Assembly: GCA_035652535.1 (NCBI GenBank)
Contig: DASRDP010000013.1
Coordinates: 6,016-70,015, forward strand
Origin: Chloroflexota bacterium
GTDB taxonomy: Bacteria > Chloroflexota > UBA6077 > SHYK01
Reading direction: 5' to 3'
DNA: 64,000 nucleotides
In this document: positions 55,841-64,000 of the stretch, one piece after another
Layout: each line of letters starts with the position of its first letter
How positions within the stretch are numbered: the first letter of the stretch is position 1
Translations under genes and position numbers: made by a program
The notes under the pieces: model-generated
What the model saw: only the letters and a program-made list of their open reading frames with translations
Told to the model about the DNA's origin: nothing
Databases searched by the model: none

Positions 55841-55930
55841 TCCACAGCCCCCAATTTGACCTGGCGCGTGAGGATGGTACACGAAGGCGTGACCCGGCCG
55901 CAGCGCAGCGCTCTGGCAATCGGACCCTGC

Positions 55931-56329
55931 TCAGCGGGTCGACGCTGGACTGGGCGCCCTCCGTTGCATAGCCATGTGCGCGGCCAACGCGATGAGGAGC
56001 GCCGCCTCGATCGCCTTCGAAGCATATCCGAGCCCCCTGGGGTTGGGAAGGCCGTAGACGACCCAGCCGACGATCGCGGCGGCCGCGAAGAGCGCCAGCC
56101 CCGCGTCGACCACCCACGCCCATGGGCGCGGGTGGCGAGCGGTGATCAGGACCGCTCCAACCAGGATGACATAGCCGATCGCGTTCAAAACGAAGAGCTG
56201 GTTGAGCGGCAGGAACAGCCTGGGCGGGGGCCCGGGCACCGGGCCGAAGAGGTTACCCCTGAACAGGATGAAATCGAGCGCGAAATGAAGCACGCCGTCG
56301 GCCAGCGCGAGCGCGACGATGACCCACAT
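55931..56329 (-). CDS. small hypothetical membrane protein (~4 TM)
   Basis: It has hydrophobic helices (MWVIVALALADGVLHFALDFILF...). The start is uncertain (56329 or 56368). Confidence 0.5.
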   Translation of the reverse strand: MWVIVALALADGVLHFALDFILFRGNLFGPVPGPPPRLFLPLNQLFVLNAIGYVILVGAVLITARHPRPWAWVVDAGLALFAAAAIVGWVVYGLPNPRGLGYASKAIEAALLIALAAHMAMQRRAPSPASTR

Positions 56330-56461
56330 CAACAAGCGCGATTGGTCGGGGGAGGGTGAGGTGCGCACGGGACCGGGCTCCGAAGATGGTCGAGTATGGC
56401 CGTCCCGGAAATTTTCTCAAACGCGTAGCCTACTGTCAGGTCGCCGAACGGTTAAAGCCCC

Positions 56462-57421
56462 TCACGACTTCTGTTCAAACGCTGGCGGATGGCCGAACGT
56501 ATGCTCGTAGTCTCGCTGCAGCTCATCAGGAATGAAGCGCTGCTCGATCTCGCGGACGAAATCGGCGTTTACGAGCTTCGAGGACGATGCGGGACCCCAA
56601 CGACTAGATCGAAACTGTTTGGCCCAATCGTCGATGGCGGGGGATCCGCGCTCCTTCAAGTCGTTCAGGACCTGCCACGCGGCCTGAACAGCGGCGGTTG
56701 CCGCGATCGTCGGATACAGCGCGATTCGCGCGCCAAGGGACCGGAGCTCCTCGGTGTTCGGTCCTGGCTGTGGTCCACCCCATAGCGGAAGCACCGGGGC
56801 CGGAATCCGCTGGCAGGCCTCGCGCAGCTCATCACGCGTGGTAACGTTGTTCAGCCATACGAAATCAGCGCCCCCGTCGGTGACGTAGGCGATCGACCGA
56901 TCGAGGGCCTCGGAAAAGTTTCCGCCCTCGGACCCCATCACGTCGCACCGAGCGCAGATGACGAAATCCGGATCGATCTCGTTCTTGGCCGCGACCGCCG
57001 CTTGAATCTTGCCAATCGCCTCTTGTTTGGAGATGCAGCGTCGACCCGAGACCGTGCCGGACTTCTTCGGCGCCTCCTGGTCCTCGATGTTGACCGCAGC
57101 CACGCCTGCCCGCACAAACTCCTGAACCGCGTAGTAGACGTTCACGGCGTTGCCGTAACCCGTGTCGGCGTCGACCTGGATCGGAATCGTGCATCGAGCC
57201 GCTACGTGCCGCGCGTGGTCCACCATGTCGCGAAGGCCGATGATACCGACGTCCGGCACGCCGTAGAGAAAGCCAGACGTCTGCGAGCCGGCGATGAAAT
57301 ACGCTTCGAAGCCAACGACCTCGGCCATCTTGGCGAGAAGTGGGCTGAAGCCGCCGGGCATGACAAACAGCTCGGGCCGATTGATGCGCTCGCGAAAGCG
57401 AGTCGTCGCCTTCGTCGCCAC
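56462..57421 (-). CDS. isocitrate lyase / PEP mutase superfamily protein with non-canonical active-site loop
   Basis: The family core (VMPGGFSPLLAKMAE, IQVDADTGYGN, NIEDQ) is present. A GTG start is preceded by GGAAGGAG. The loop after EDQ reads APKKSGTVSGRRC in place of the K(K/R)CGH of ICL/methylisocitrate lyase. Confidence 0.75.
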   Translation of the reverse strand: MATKATTRFRERINRPELFVMPGGFSPLLAKMAEVVGFEAYFIAGSQTSGFLYGVPDVGIIGLRDMVDHARHVAARCTIPIQVDADTGYGNAVNVYYAVQEFVRAGVAAVNIEDQEAPKKSGTVSGRRCISKQEAIGKIQAAVAAKNEIDPDFVICARCDVMGSEGGNFSEALDRSIAYVTDGGADFVWLNNVTTRDELREACQRIPAPVLPLWGGPQPGPNTEELRSLGARIALYPTIAATAAVQAAWQVLNDLKERGSPAIDDWAKQFRSSRWGPASSSKLVNADFVREIEQRFIPDELQRDYEHTFGHPPAFEQKS

Positions 57422-57629
57422 TCGCTTCTCCTTCCAGGGACGGGATGTTCCATATCCGGGACGCAGAAGATGGGCAATTGTAGCCCGTTCGGTCGGACGG
57501 GAGGCTTTCGGTCGGATGAGGACGGCGGCGCGCCGCCGCCCTCCGGCGCCGGAAACGCTGGACCGGCCGAATCGCAAGCCAGTACAGTCACGCGAGTTGG
57601 TGCGGGCGGACTCAATCACGCCGTCGGCA

Positions 57630-58067
57630 ATGCGCGCGGAAGTCGCCCGCGAGCGGAGGTGGAGCTTGGCAGGCGCCCCAGAATACTCGGACGTGCTTCG
57701 AGCACTGGGCCGCTTTCTGGACGAGGTCCAAGCCTTTGGCATCGAGATCGTCGACGAGGGCGATGAATGGATCGTGGCTTGGAACGGGCCGGGGCTCCAG
57801 AGGCTCGAGCGCTTCCACTTGGAGGCCCTCCGGGAAGTCGCCCGGATGAACCGGGGGCTTGAGGGGGACATCCCCCGCTTTACGACGTCGCAGATGCTTC
57901 GCGTGCTGGGGACCGTGCTCGAAGACCTGCGCGCCACCCAGTTCTCGATCAAAGAGATCGAGGATGGGTATCGACTGAGCGCGCTCGTCGACGGGAAACA
58001 GGTCGTCCAGGCCTATACCCTCGATCAGCTCCAGCTGCTGGCCGCGGAGCGCCTGCAGCAGCGTTGA
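57630..58067 (+). CDS. hypothetical protein with internal tandem duplication of a ~60-aa domain (paralog 2)
   Basis: Its N-terminus PEYSDVLRALGRFLDEVQAFGIEIVDE matches DYSDTLRALGRFLEEIRALNVRIQD of paralog 1. It has a second repeat, LRVLGTVLEDLRATQFSIKE. Confidence 0.6.
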   Translation: MRAEVARERRWSLAGAPEYSDVLRALGRFLDEVQAFGIEIVDEGDEWIVAWNGPGLQRLERFHLEALREVARMNRGLEGDIPRFTTSQMLRVLGTVLEDLRATQFSIKEIEDGYRLSALVDGKQVVQAYTLDQLQLLAAERLQQR

Positions 58068-58073
58068 GAGCGG

Positions 58074-59705
58074 TCAGTCGACGATGGCGGTTGACACGGC
58101 CGGCCGCTCCACAAAGGTCTCATCGGCGCCAAAGGTACGGCGAAGCGGTACGTCTCGCAGCAGGAAGGATAGCGCGGTCGCGATGGCCAGCACGACCGCC
58201 CCGGTTAGGAATACGTGCTGCAGCGAGGTGGCGAGGGCAAACCGGATCGCCTCCAGCACCGTATCCGTCAAATTCGGCCCCGATGGCCCCAGCTGATCGA
58301 GGACCCCGTGGAGCTCCCGCGCCGCTCCAGGGTTGAGGAGCGCCTCGGGGTTGCTGAATATCGCGGCCTGGGACCCTCCGAGCGCTGAACGAACCTCGGG
58401 CGGGAGCGCCTGGGCCAGGGCGGGCGCGTAACCGTTCGCCAGCATGCTGCCCAGGAGCGCAGCGAACACCGTGGCTCCGATGGACCGCAGGAATTGCACC
58501 AGCGCGGTCGCGACGCCGATTTGGTGAAGGCCGACGGCGTTCTGCGCCGCGAGGTTGAAGCACGGGAAGGTCGCGCCGACGCCAGCCCCAAGAATCACCA
58601 TGTTGCGCACGACGACTCCGTAGTCCGTATCCACGCCCATCGCACTCAGGAGGTACATCCCCACGGTGGCTGCGACAATGCCGCCGATCGCCACCGACTT
58701 GTAGCGTCCGACCCGGCCAATGACCTGCCCGCAGACGACGCTGGAAACGACCATCGCTACCATCATCGGGGCCAGAACAGTTCCGCTCTGGGAGGCCGAC
58801 GTGCCGATGACGGCCTGAATGAACAGAGGTACGAAGAGGGACGCGGCGAAGCTCCCCGCCATCGAGAGGCAGGCCAGAACCGAGCAGACGGTCACCTCCC
58901 GATTTCTGAAGAGGTCCAACGGCAAGATCGGCTCCGGGGCATGGCGTTCCGCCGCGATGAACGCCGCCAGCGTTGCCGACGCGACGGCGAAGAGCCCCGC
59001 GATGACCGGGGAAGACCACGGGTAGTCTCGTCCGCCCCAGGTCAGCGCGAGCATCAACGAGACCACGCTCGCAATGAGGAGCGCTGCGCCGAGATAGTCC
59101 AGGGAGTGCCGCCGTCCCGCCATGCGCGCGTCCGTGAAGGCGGACCAGAGGACGGCGATGGCAATCGCCCCGACCGGCACGTTGACGTAGAAGACCGATC
59201 GCCAGGTGAAGGCGTCGGTAAGGTAGCCGCCGAGGAGCGGGCCAGCGATGCTGGCCACGCCAAACGTCGCGCTGAAAATCCCCTGGACTTTCGCTCGCTG
59301 CGCGGGTGGGAAGAGGGCCGACGCCACTGCCATGGTGACGGCGAACAGGATGCCCCCACCGATTCCCTGGAGCCCCCGAAATATCGCGAGCTGCGTCATG
59401 TCCTGCGAGAGGCCGCAAAACATGGAGGTCACCACGAAGAACGTCGCGCCCCCGACGAGAAATCGCTTGCTGCCGTACATGTCCGACAGCCGTCCCACGA
59501 TCGGCACCACCGCGGTGCTGGTCAGCAGGTACGCGGTCGTCGCCCAGGCGTAGTGGTCGAAGCCCTGCAGGTCGGCCACGATGCGCGGCATCGCCGTGCC
59601 GACGATCGTTTGATCGAGGGCCGCGAGGAGGATCGTGACCATCAGGCCCGCCATCGTCGCGTAGACCTGTGGCCGGGAGAGATTCTGATACGGGTTCTGA
59701 ATCAA
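58074..59705 (-). CDS. MFS transporter, DHA2 (14-TMS drug:H+ antiporter) family
   Basis: It has 14 TM segments and the N-terminal motifs GTAMPRIVADL and GRLSDMYGSKR. Confidence 0.85.
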   Translation of the reverse strand: MIQNPYQNLSRPQVYATMAGLMVTILLAALDQTIVGTAMPRIVADLQGFDHYAWATTAYLLTSTAVVPIVGRLSDMYGSKRFLVGGATFFVVTSMFCGLSQDMTQLAIFRGLQGIGGGILFAVTMAVASALFPPAQRAKVQGIFSATFGVASIAGPLLGGYLTDAFTWRSVFYVNVPVGAIAIAVLWSAFTDARMAGRRHSLDYLGAALLIASVVSLMLALTWGGRDYPWSSPVIAGLFAVASATLAAFIAAERHAPEPILPLDLFRNREVTVCSVLACLSMAGSFAASLFVPLFIQAVIGTSASQSGTVLAPMMVAMVVSSVVCGQVIGRVGRYKSVAIGGIVAATVGMYLLSAMGVDTDYGVVVRNMVILGAGVGATFPCFNLAAQNAVGLHQIGVATALVQFLRSIGATVFAALLGSMLANGYAPALAQALPPEVRSALGGSQAAIFSNPEALLNPGAARELHGVLDQLGPSGPNLTDTVLEAIRFALATSLQHVFLTGAVVLAIATALSFLLRDVPLRRTFGADETFVERPAVSTAIVD

Positions 59706-59856
59706 CGTCGCTGCACAGGAAATGAAAATCGCCGGTCCGGGAAGCGAGGCCGCGTCAGGCTCGAATCCAGACCGACGTTGGAAAGGCAGTCAGCACGATG
59801 CGTCAGTCAACGCAACACGCAAGAACTGTACCGATCCGTGGAGGCGCGTGTCAAAG

Positions 59857-60543
59857 CTACGAGAGCAGCGCGGCGATGAGCCCCGCGTAGAAGATGCCGT
59901 CGTGCACGCCGGCGCCGCCAATACTGAGAAGCCGCACGTCAAATCGCTCGAGATCACGAAGGTGCAGGAGGTCCGCGCCGATCAGGGTTCCCAAGGTCCC
60001 GCTGATGTACGCGACAGGCGGCGCTACGCTCGGGGCCGCGATCATCGCCAGCACCGCCGCCGCGACGGGCGGCACGAAGGCGGGGACGACAATGCCGACG
60101 GGCCACGCCGGACGCGCCAGGGCATAGCACAGCGCCGCCACACCCGCGGTCGCCAGGAGCGCTGAGCCCAGTGGGACGCGCGGGAGCAGGTAGGCGCACA
60201 TGATGAGGGGAATCACGGCGCCTCCCAGATTGATGGCGATCACCTGCTCCTGAACGACCGGCGGCTGGTAGAAGAACAACCGATAGGGGATAGGGGCGCC
60301 GCCCCACGCGCGTCGGCTCGCCATGGCCCACGGCCACACCGACGTCCCGACGTTCCGAGCCACCGGTCTCCGCCAGACCGGAATGTTGAACCAGCCACCC
60401 AGGAGCGATCCGAGGTACACGAGGAGCGCGCCACTGGGGGAGAGGCCGAGCTTGGCGAAGGAGATGGTGATGACCTGGAGAAAGAGGAAGGCGATGAGAA
60501 AGGGCAGGAGCAGCGCCGCGGCGACGATCCACCGCCAGTTCAT
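59857..60543 (-). CDS. DUF1614-like integral membrane protein
   Basis: It is a polytopic protein with the C-terminal motif LLSIGGAGVHDGIFYAGL. Start candidates are 60549, 60543 and 60654. Confidence 0.55.
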   Translation of the reverse strand: MNWRWIVAAALLLPFLIAFLFLQVITISFAKLGLSPSGALLVYLGSLLGGWFNIPVWRRPVARNVGTSVWPWAMASRRAWGGAPIPYRLFFYQPPVVQEQVIAINLGGAVIPLIMCAYLLPRVPLGSALLATAGVAALCYALARPAWPVGIVVPAFVPPVAAAVLAMIAAPSVAPPVAYISGTLGTLIGADLLHLRDLERFDVRLLSIGGAGVHDGIFYAGLIAALLS

Positions 60544-60652
60544 CGACATCCCCCTCCGGTAACCGTTATACGCCCACTGGGAACTTTCGACACCGGTCCG
60601 TCGTCTCTGTTGCTGATGGGCTCGCCGAACGAGTCCACGGAAAGGAGACGAC

Positions 60653-61690
60653 ATGCGTCACGTCGGAACACTCGTCGCAACCGCTATCGCGTTGATCACG
60701 TCCTTCGCCGCGACTGTCGCCCCGACCCTTGCGTGCGCCGGCCTGATCGGCTCGAACGGGGCCGTTAACCTCGGCCGCACGACTACCCTCGCAGCCTACC
60801 ACGATGGGGTGGAGCATTACGTCACGGCGTTCGAGTTTCTGGGCGGCGGCGGGCAATTCGGCACGCTGATCCCCCTGCCGGGCATCCCCTCCAGCGTGGA
60901 GAAGGGTGGATCGTGGACCCTCCAGCGGCTGGCGCTGGAGACGGCCCCGCGGCGCCGCGCGTTCGATGCCGCGCTCGAGGCGGCGCCGGCCGCGTCGGGC
61001 GTGCAGGTACTCCTCGAGACCCGCGTCGACGCGCTCGATCTCACCGTCCTCAAGGGCGGCGCGCGGGATGTCGCGGCTTGGGCCATCGACCACGGGTTCA
61101 GCCTCTCCCCAGACGCTCCAGAGGTTCTGGACTTTTACGCGCGAAGGAGCCCGATCTTCCTCGCCGCTGTGTTCGATGGCGACGCGGCCGCGGCCCGCGG
61201 CCAGCGCGTGGGCGACGGGACGCCGGTCCAAATCACCATCCCAACGCCGAACCCATGGGTTCCGCTGCGCATCCTGGGACTCGGCAAACAGCCGAGCGAC
61301 CGCGTGGACGCGGACGTATTTCTGCTCACCGACGATCGCCCAGCGCTCCTCCCCGTAGACGGAAGCACGCTGCGCCTCGAACACGACGCGGTCGCTTCCC
61401 AGCAACTGCTCGACGACCTGCGATCGGATGAGCGGATGGAATGGGTCCCCACGTCGGCCTGGCTCACGAAGCTGCGTGTCGATTCCCGAGTTTCCGACCT
61501 CACGTACGATCTCGCCGTCGACGCGACGGGCCAGGGATCGCCGTCCCGCCACGCGGCGGGCCTGGACCTGGCGCCCCGGCCGGCTCCGGCGCTGCTGGAG
61601 GGACTGATGGACGCTCCCAGCCTGCCGCTCATCTTCTTCGCCGCCGCGCCTGCCGCGCTCGCCATCTGGCGCCGCCGAGGGGCGCGGTGA
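60653..61690 (+). CDS. secreted hypothetical protein with C-terminal TM anchor (DUF2330-like)
   Basis: It has an N-terminal signal peptide, a C-terminal hydrophobic anchor followed by RRRGAR, and a motif AAYHDGVEHYVTAFEF. Confidence 0.55.
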   Translation: MRHVGTLVATAIALITSFAATVAPTLACAGLIGSNGAVNLGRTTTLAAYHDGVEHYVTAFEFLGGGGQFGTLIPLPGIPSSVEKGGSWTLQRLALETAPRRRAFDAALEAAPAASGVQVLLETRVDALDLTVLKGGARDVAAWAIDHGFSLSPDAPEVLDFYARRSPIFLAAVFDGDAAAARGQRVGDGTPVQITIPTPNPWVPLRILGLGKQPSDRVDADVFLLTDDRPALLPVDGSTLRLEHDAVASQQLLDDLRSDERMEWVPTSAWLTKLRVDSRVSDLTYDLAVDATGQGSPSRHAAGLDLAPRPAPALLEGLMDAPSLPLIFFAAAPAALAIWRRRGAR

Positions 61691-62112
61691 CGCCTCGCCG
61701 CTGGATTGGCGCGCTGCTGCTCACGGTCCTCGTGGGCGGCTGCGCGCCAACCCGCGCGCCGACCGACCAAGTTACCATCACGTTCCACTTCTCGCATTTC
61801 ACGCCGGATCGTGTCACCGTACCGGCTGGAGTACCGGTCTCGTTCACCCTCGAGAACGACGACCCGATCGCCCATGAATGGATCGTCGGCCCGCCGGCGC
61901 TTCACCAGGTCCACAGAACGGGCACCGAGGCCTGGCATGCGGGTCGGCCCAACGAGGTGAGCCTCGCGCCATTCTCCACGCGAGCCACCACTGTCGTTTT
62001 CGACCAGCTCGGCGAAATCGACTACATCTGCCATCTCCCGGGCCACGAGGAATACGGGATGAAGGGTACCGTCACGGTGGTACCCAATGACGGGAGGTTC
62101 GCCACGCGCTGA
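61687..62112 (+). CDS. cupredoxin-fold blue copper lipoprotein
   Basis: The lipobox LVGGC and type-1 Cu ligands H (IAHEW) and C-x4-H-x4-M (CHLPGHEEYGM) are present. Its GTG overlaps the upstream stop (GTGA). Confidence 0.75.
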   Translation: MTPRRWIGALLLTVLVGGCAPTRAPTDQVTITFHFSHFTPDRVTVPAGVPVSFTLENDDPIAHEWIVGPPALHQVHRTGTEAWHAGRPNEVSLAPFSTRATTVVFDQLGEIDYICHLPGHEEYGMKGTVTVVPNDGRFATR

Positions 62113-62210
62113 TCGACGGCGAATCGAAGGGAGCCACTCCTGCTCGCCAGCTCCCCGCCTCGCTATACTGGGGACGATCCCAAGGAGGCGATTGGCGCGC
62201 GTGAAGTGCG

Positions 62211-63032
62211 TTGAGTGAGTGGCTTCTGATACCGATCGGCGTAGCCGTGGGCGCCTACGGAACGCTGATTGGTGCGGGCGGCGGTTTCGTTCTCGTCCCG
62301 GTCCTCTTGTTCCTCTACCCCCAGGCGAAGCCATCGACGATCACGTCGATCTCGCTCGCGGTTGTGTTTTTCAATGCGACGTCGGGCTCAGTCGCCTACG
62401 GTCGTCAACGGCGCATTGACTTCCGCACCGGGATCGTCTTCGCGGCCGCGACGGTGCCGGGCGCGGTCCTGGGCGCCATCGTCGTGGGGTATATCCCTCG
62501 GGGGATTTTCGACGTCTTGTTCGGCATCGTCCTGGTCGTGCTGGCTCTTATCATCATCATGCGACCCGTCGCGCGGCCCGCGGATCAACCTCGACGGCCC
62601 AACGGCAGCGTGACGCGCGTCATCACCGACGCCACGGGGACGCGCCATGAGTACTCGTTCAACATTGCGCTGGGCGTCGCCCTCTCGGTCGGCGTCGGGT
62701 TCCTCTCGAGTCTGCTCGGCATCGGGGGTGGCATCATCCACGTGCCGGCGATGGTGCTGCTCCTGAATTTCCCCGCCCACATCGCCACTGCCACGAGCCA
62801 CTTCGTGCTGGCGATCATGTCGCTTGCCGGCAGCATCGTTCACCTCATCGCGGGAGAGCTGGCGCCTGGCTCCGGGCTGATGCGCGCGCTCTTCCTGGCG
62901 ATCGGCGTGATTCCGGGCGCTCAGGTCGGCGCGGTCCTCTCGCACCGCGTGCACGGGACCTGGATCATCCGGCTCCTCGGCGTCGCGCTCCTGCTGGTGG
63001 GGGTCCGACTCCTCGGAACGGTGTTCGTCTGA
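62211..63032 (+). CDS. sulfite exporter TauE/SafE family membrane protein
   Basis: It has two 4-TM repeats with GxGGG motifs (GAGGGFVLVP and GIGGGIIHVP). Confidence 0.8.
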   Translation: MSEWLLIPIGVAVGAYGTLIGAGGGFVLVPVLLFLYPQAKPSTITSISLAVVFFNATSGSVAYGRQRRIDFRTGIVFAAATVPGAVLGAIVVGYIPRGIFDVLFGIVLVVLALIIIMRPVARPADQPRRPNGSVTRVITDATGTRHEYSFNIALGVALSVGVGFLSSLLGIGGGIIHVPAMVLLLNFPAHIATATSHFVLAIMSLAGSIVHLIAGELAPGSGLMRALFLAIGVIPGAQVGAVLSHRVHGTWIIRLLGVALLLVGVRLLGTVFV

Positions 63033-63116
63033 GACGGGCTGGACGCATAATAGGTCCCCGAACACCGGTCACCGGCGACCGGGCGCGGGCTCACCACAAC
63101 GGGGAAGGAGCAAGCC

Positions 63117-63740
63117 GTGATCTTCGAGATTCGCACGTACAACCTCAGGCCTGGCGCGGTCGCCGAATACGAATCGCGGTTTGGCGCGGCATACCCGTCT
63201 CGAGAAGGATACTCGCGGCTCTACGGCTTCTGGCACACTGAGATCGGGCCGCTGAACCAGGTCGTCCACATCTGGCCGTACGAGAGCTTGCAGCATCGAG
63301 CCGACGTGCGCGCGGCCGCTGCCAAGGATCCGAGTGGCAAATGGCCGCCGCCCCCGGGCGATCTGATCTTGAGCCAGGAGTCCGACATCCTCGTGCCCAT
63401 CAGCACGATGGCGCCTTTGGAGGGCGCGCAAGCCCTGGGGACCGTGTACGAGCTGCGGATGTACACCTATCCGGCGGGGGAGGTCGCGAAAGTCGGCCGG
63501 ACGTTCGCCGAGAAGTACGAGGCGCGGAACGCCCTGTACCCGGTGGCGGGAATCTGGACGAGCGATCTCGGAAACCTGAACCGTCTCTATCAGCTTTTCC
63601 CCTACAAGAGCTGGGCGCACCGGGAAGAGGTACGCGCAGAGGCCCGGACGAAGGGAATCTGGCCACCCGAGGCCGAGGCCCGTCCGATAACCCAGCTCGT
63701 GCGCCATATGGCGCCAGCGGCGTTTTCACCCCTTCACTAA
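63117..63740 (+). CDS. NIPSNAP family protein (two NIPSNAP domains)
   Basis: Tandem NIPSNAP signatures are present (IFEIRTYNLRPG and VYELRMYTYPAG). Confidence 0.75.
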   Translation: MIFEIRTYNLRPGAVAEYESRFGAAYPSREGYSRLYGFWHTEIGPLNQVVHIWPYESLQHRADVRAAAAKDPSGKWPPPPGDLILSQESDILVPISTMAPLEGAQALGTVYELRMYTYPAGEVAKVGRTFAEKYEARNALYPVAGIWTSDLGNLNRLYQLFPYKSWAHREEVRAEARTKGIWPPEAEARPITQLVRHMAPAAFSPLH

Positions 63741-63775
63741 GGACGGAGCCAACTCCCAAACGGACGAGTGAGCGA

Positions 63776-64000
63776 ATGCCGATCGACGTGCCCCAGCGCG
63801 ACCGCTGCCCGTTCTGCAACTTCGTCGTCGACCTTTCGCGTTTTGCCGTCGTGGAGGAGATGCCCGATACGCTGGCATTTCTGCCACCGCGTCAGTCAGG
63901 CAGGGGCCACGTGCTGGTGATCCCGAAGCGGCACGCGCCGACGATCCTGGACCTGGCCCATGCTGAGGCGCTGGCCATCATGCAGCACGTCCACCGCGTT
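63776..64000 (+). CDS. HIT family protein (histidine triad); 3' end truncated by window edge
   Basis: The segment HVLVIPKRH is present. Confidence 0.6.
   Translation, partial: MPIDVPQRDRCPFCNFVVDLSRFAVVEEMPDTLAFLPPRQSGRGHVLVIPKRHAPTILDLAHAEALAIMQHVHRV

Noticed and set aside
57294-57629. Long N-terminal extension of paralog P2 (ORF start 57294)
   Set aside because: The extension overlaps the 5' end and ribosome-binding site of the divergent ICL/PEPM gene. It is Arg/Pro-rich and absent from paralog P1. The ATG at 57630 aligns the two paralogs.

Overview
This is a 64 kb, gene-dense, high-GC segment that looks like bacterial chromosome; third-codon-position GC is extreme and GTG/TTG starts are frequent. 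Most of the six-frame ORF track is spurious: wrong-frame and antisense translations are Arg/Pro/Ala-rich. I call about 58 CDS on both strands, mostly packed into operon-like runs. I found no rRNA, tRNA, CRISPR array, IS element or integrase.

Recognisable content:
- Three diverged paralogous family-5 (DppA/OppA-type) ABC solute-binding lipoproteins, each without cognate permease or ATPase genes.
- Several aromatic/oxidative catabolism modules: Rieske oxygenase, LigB extradiol dioxygenase and CMD decarboxylase; a cupin, class-II aldolase and VOC dioxygenase; two divergent acyl-CoA-dehydrogenase-fold flavin monooxygenases with LLM oxidoreductases; and CoxM plus CoxS molybdo-hydroxylase subunits next to a UbiD-family decarboxylase, with no CoxL.
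- A translationally coupled GDE-cobO-cobN operon in which CobN carries an N-terminal thioredoxin-like [2Fe-2S] ferredoxin fusion.
- glcDEF, aminopeptidase N, an amidase, two hybrid histidine kinases (one paired with a REC-adenylate cyclase), MFS transporters, a cupredoxin lipoprotein, TauE, NIPSNAP and HIT.

Most unusual signals:
1. A conserved bipartite AT-rich element about 75 bp long is present twice (about 48.8 kb and 55.25 kb), with identical 37-bp internal spacing and the same position relative to the flanking genes.
2. A pair of diverged paralogous small proteins, each an internal tandem duplication of a roughly 60-aa domain of unknown family, flanks in inverted orientation a small membrane protein and an ICL/PEP-mutase-family enzyme whose catalytic KRCGH loop is replaced (Cys to Ser, His to Thr).

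Coordinates derived by reading sequence lines may be off by 1-2 bp. Those derived arithmetically from the ORF track are exact.
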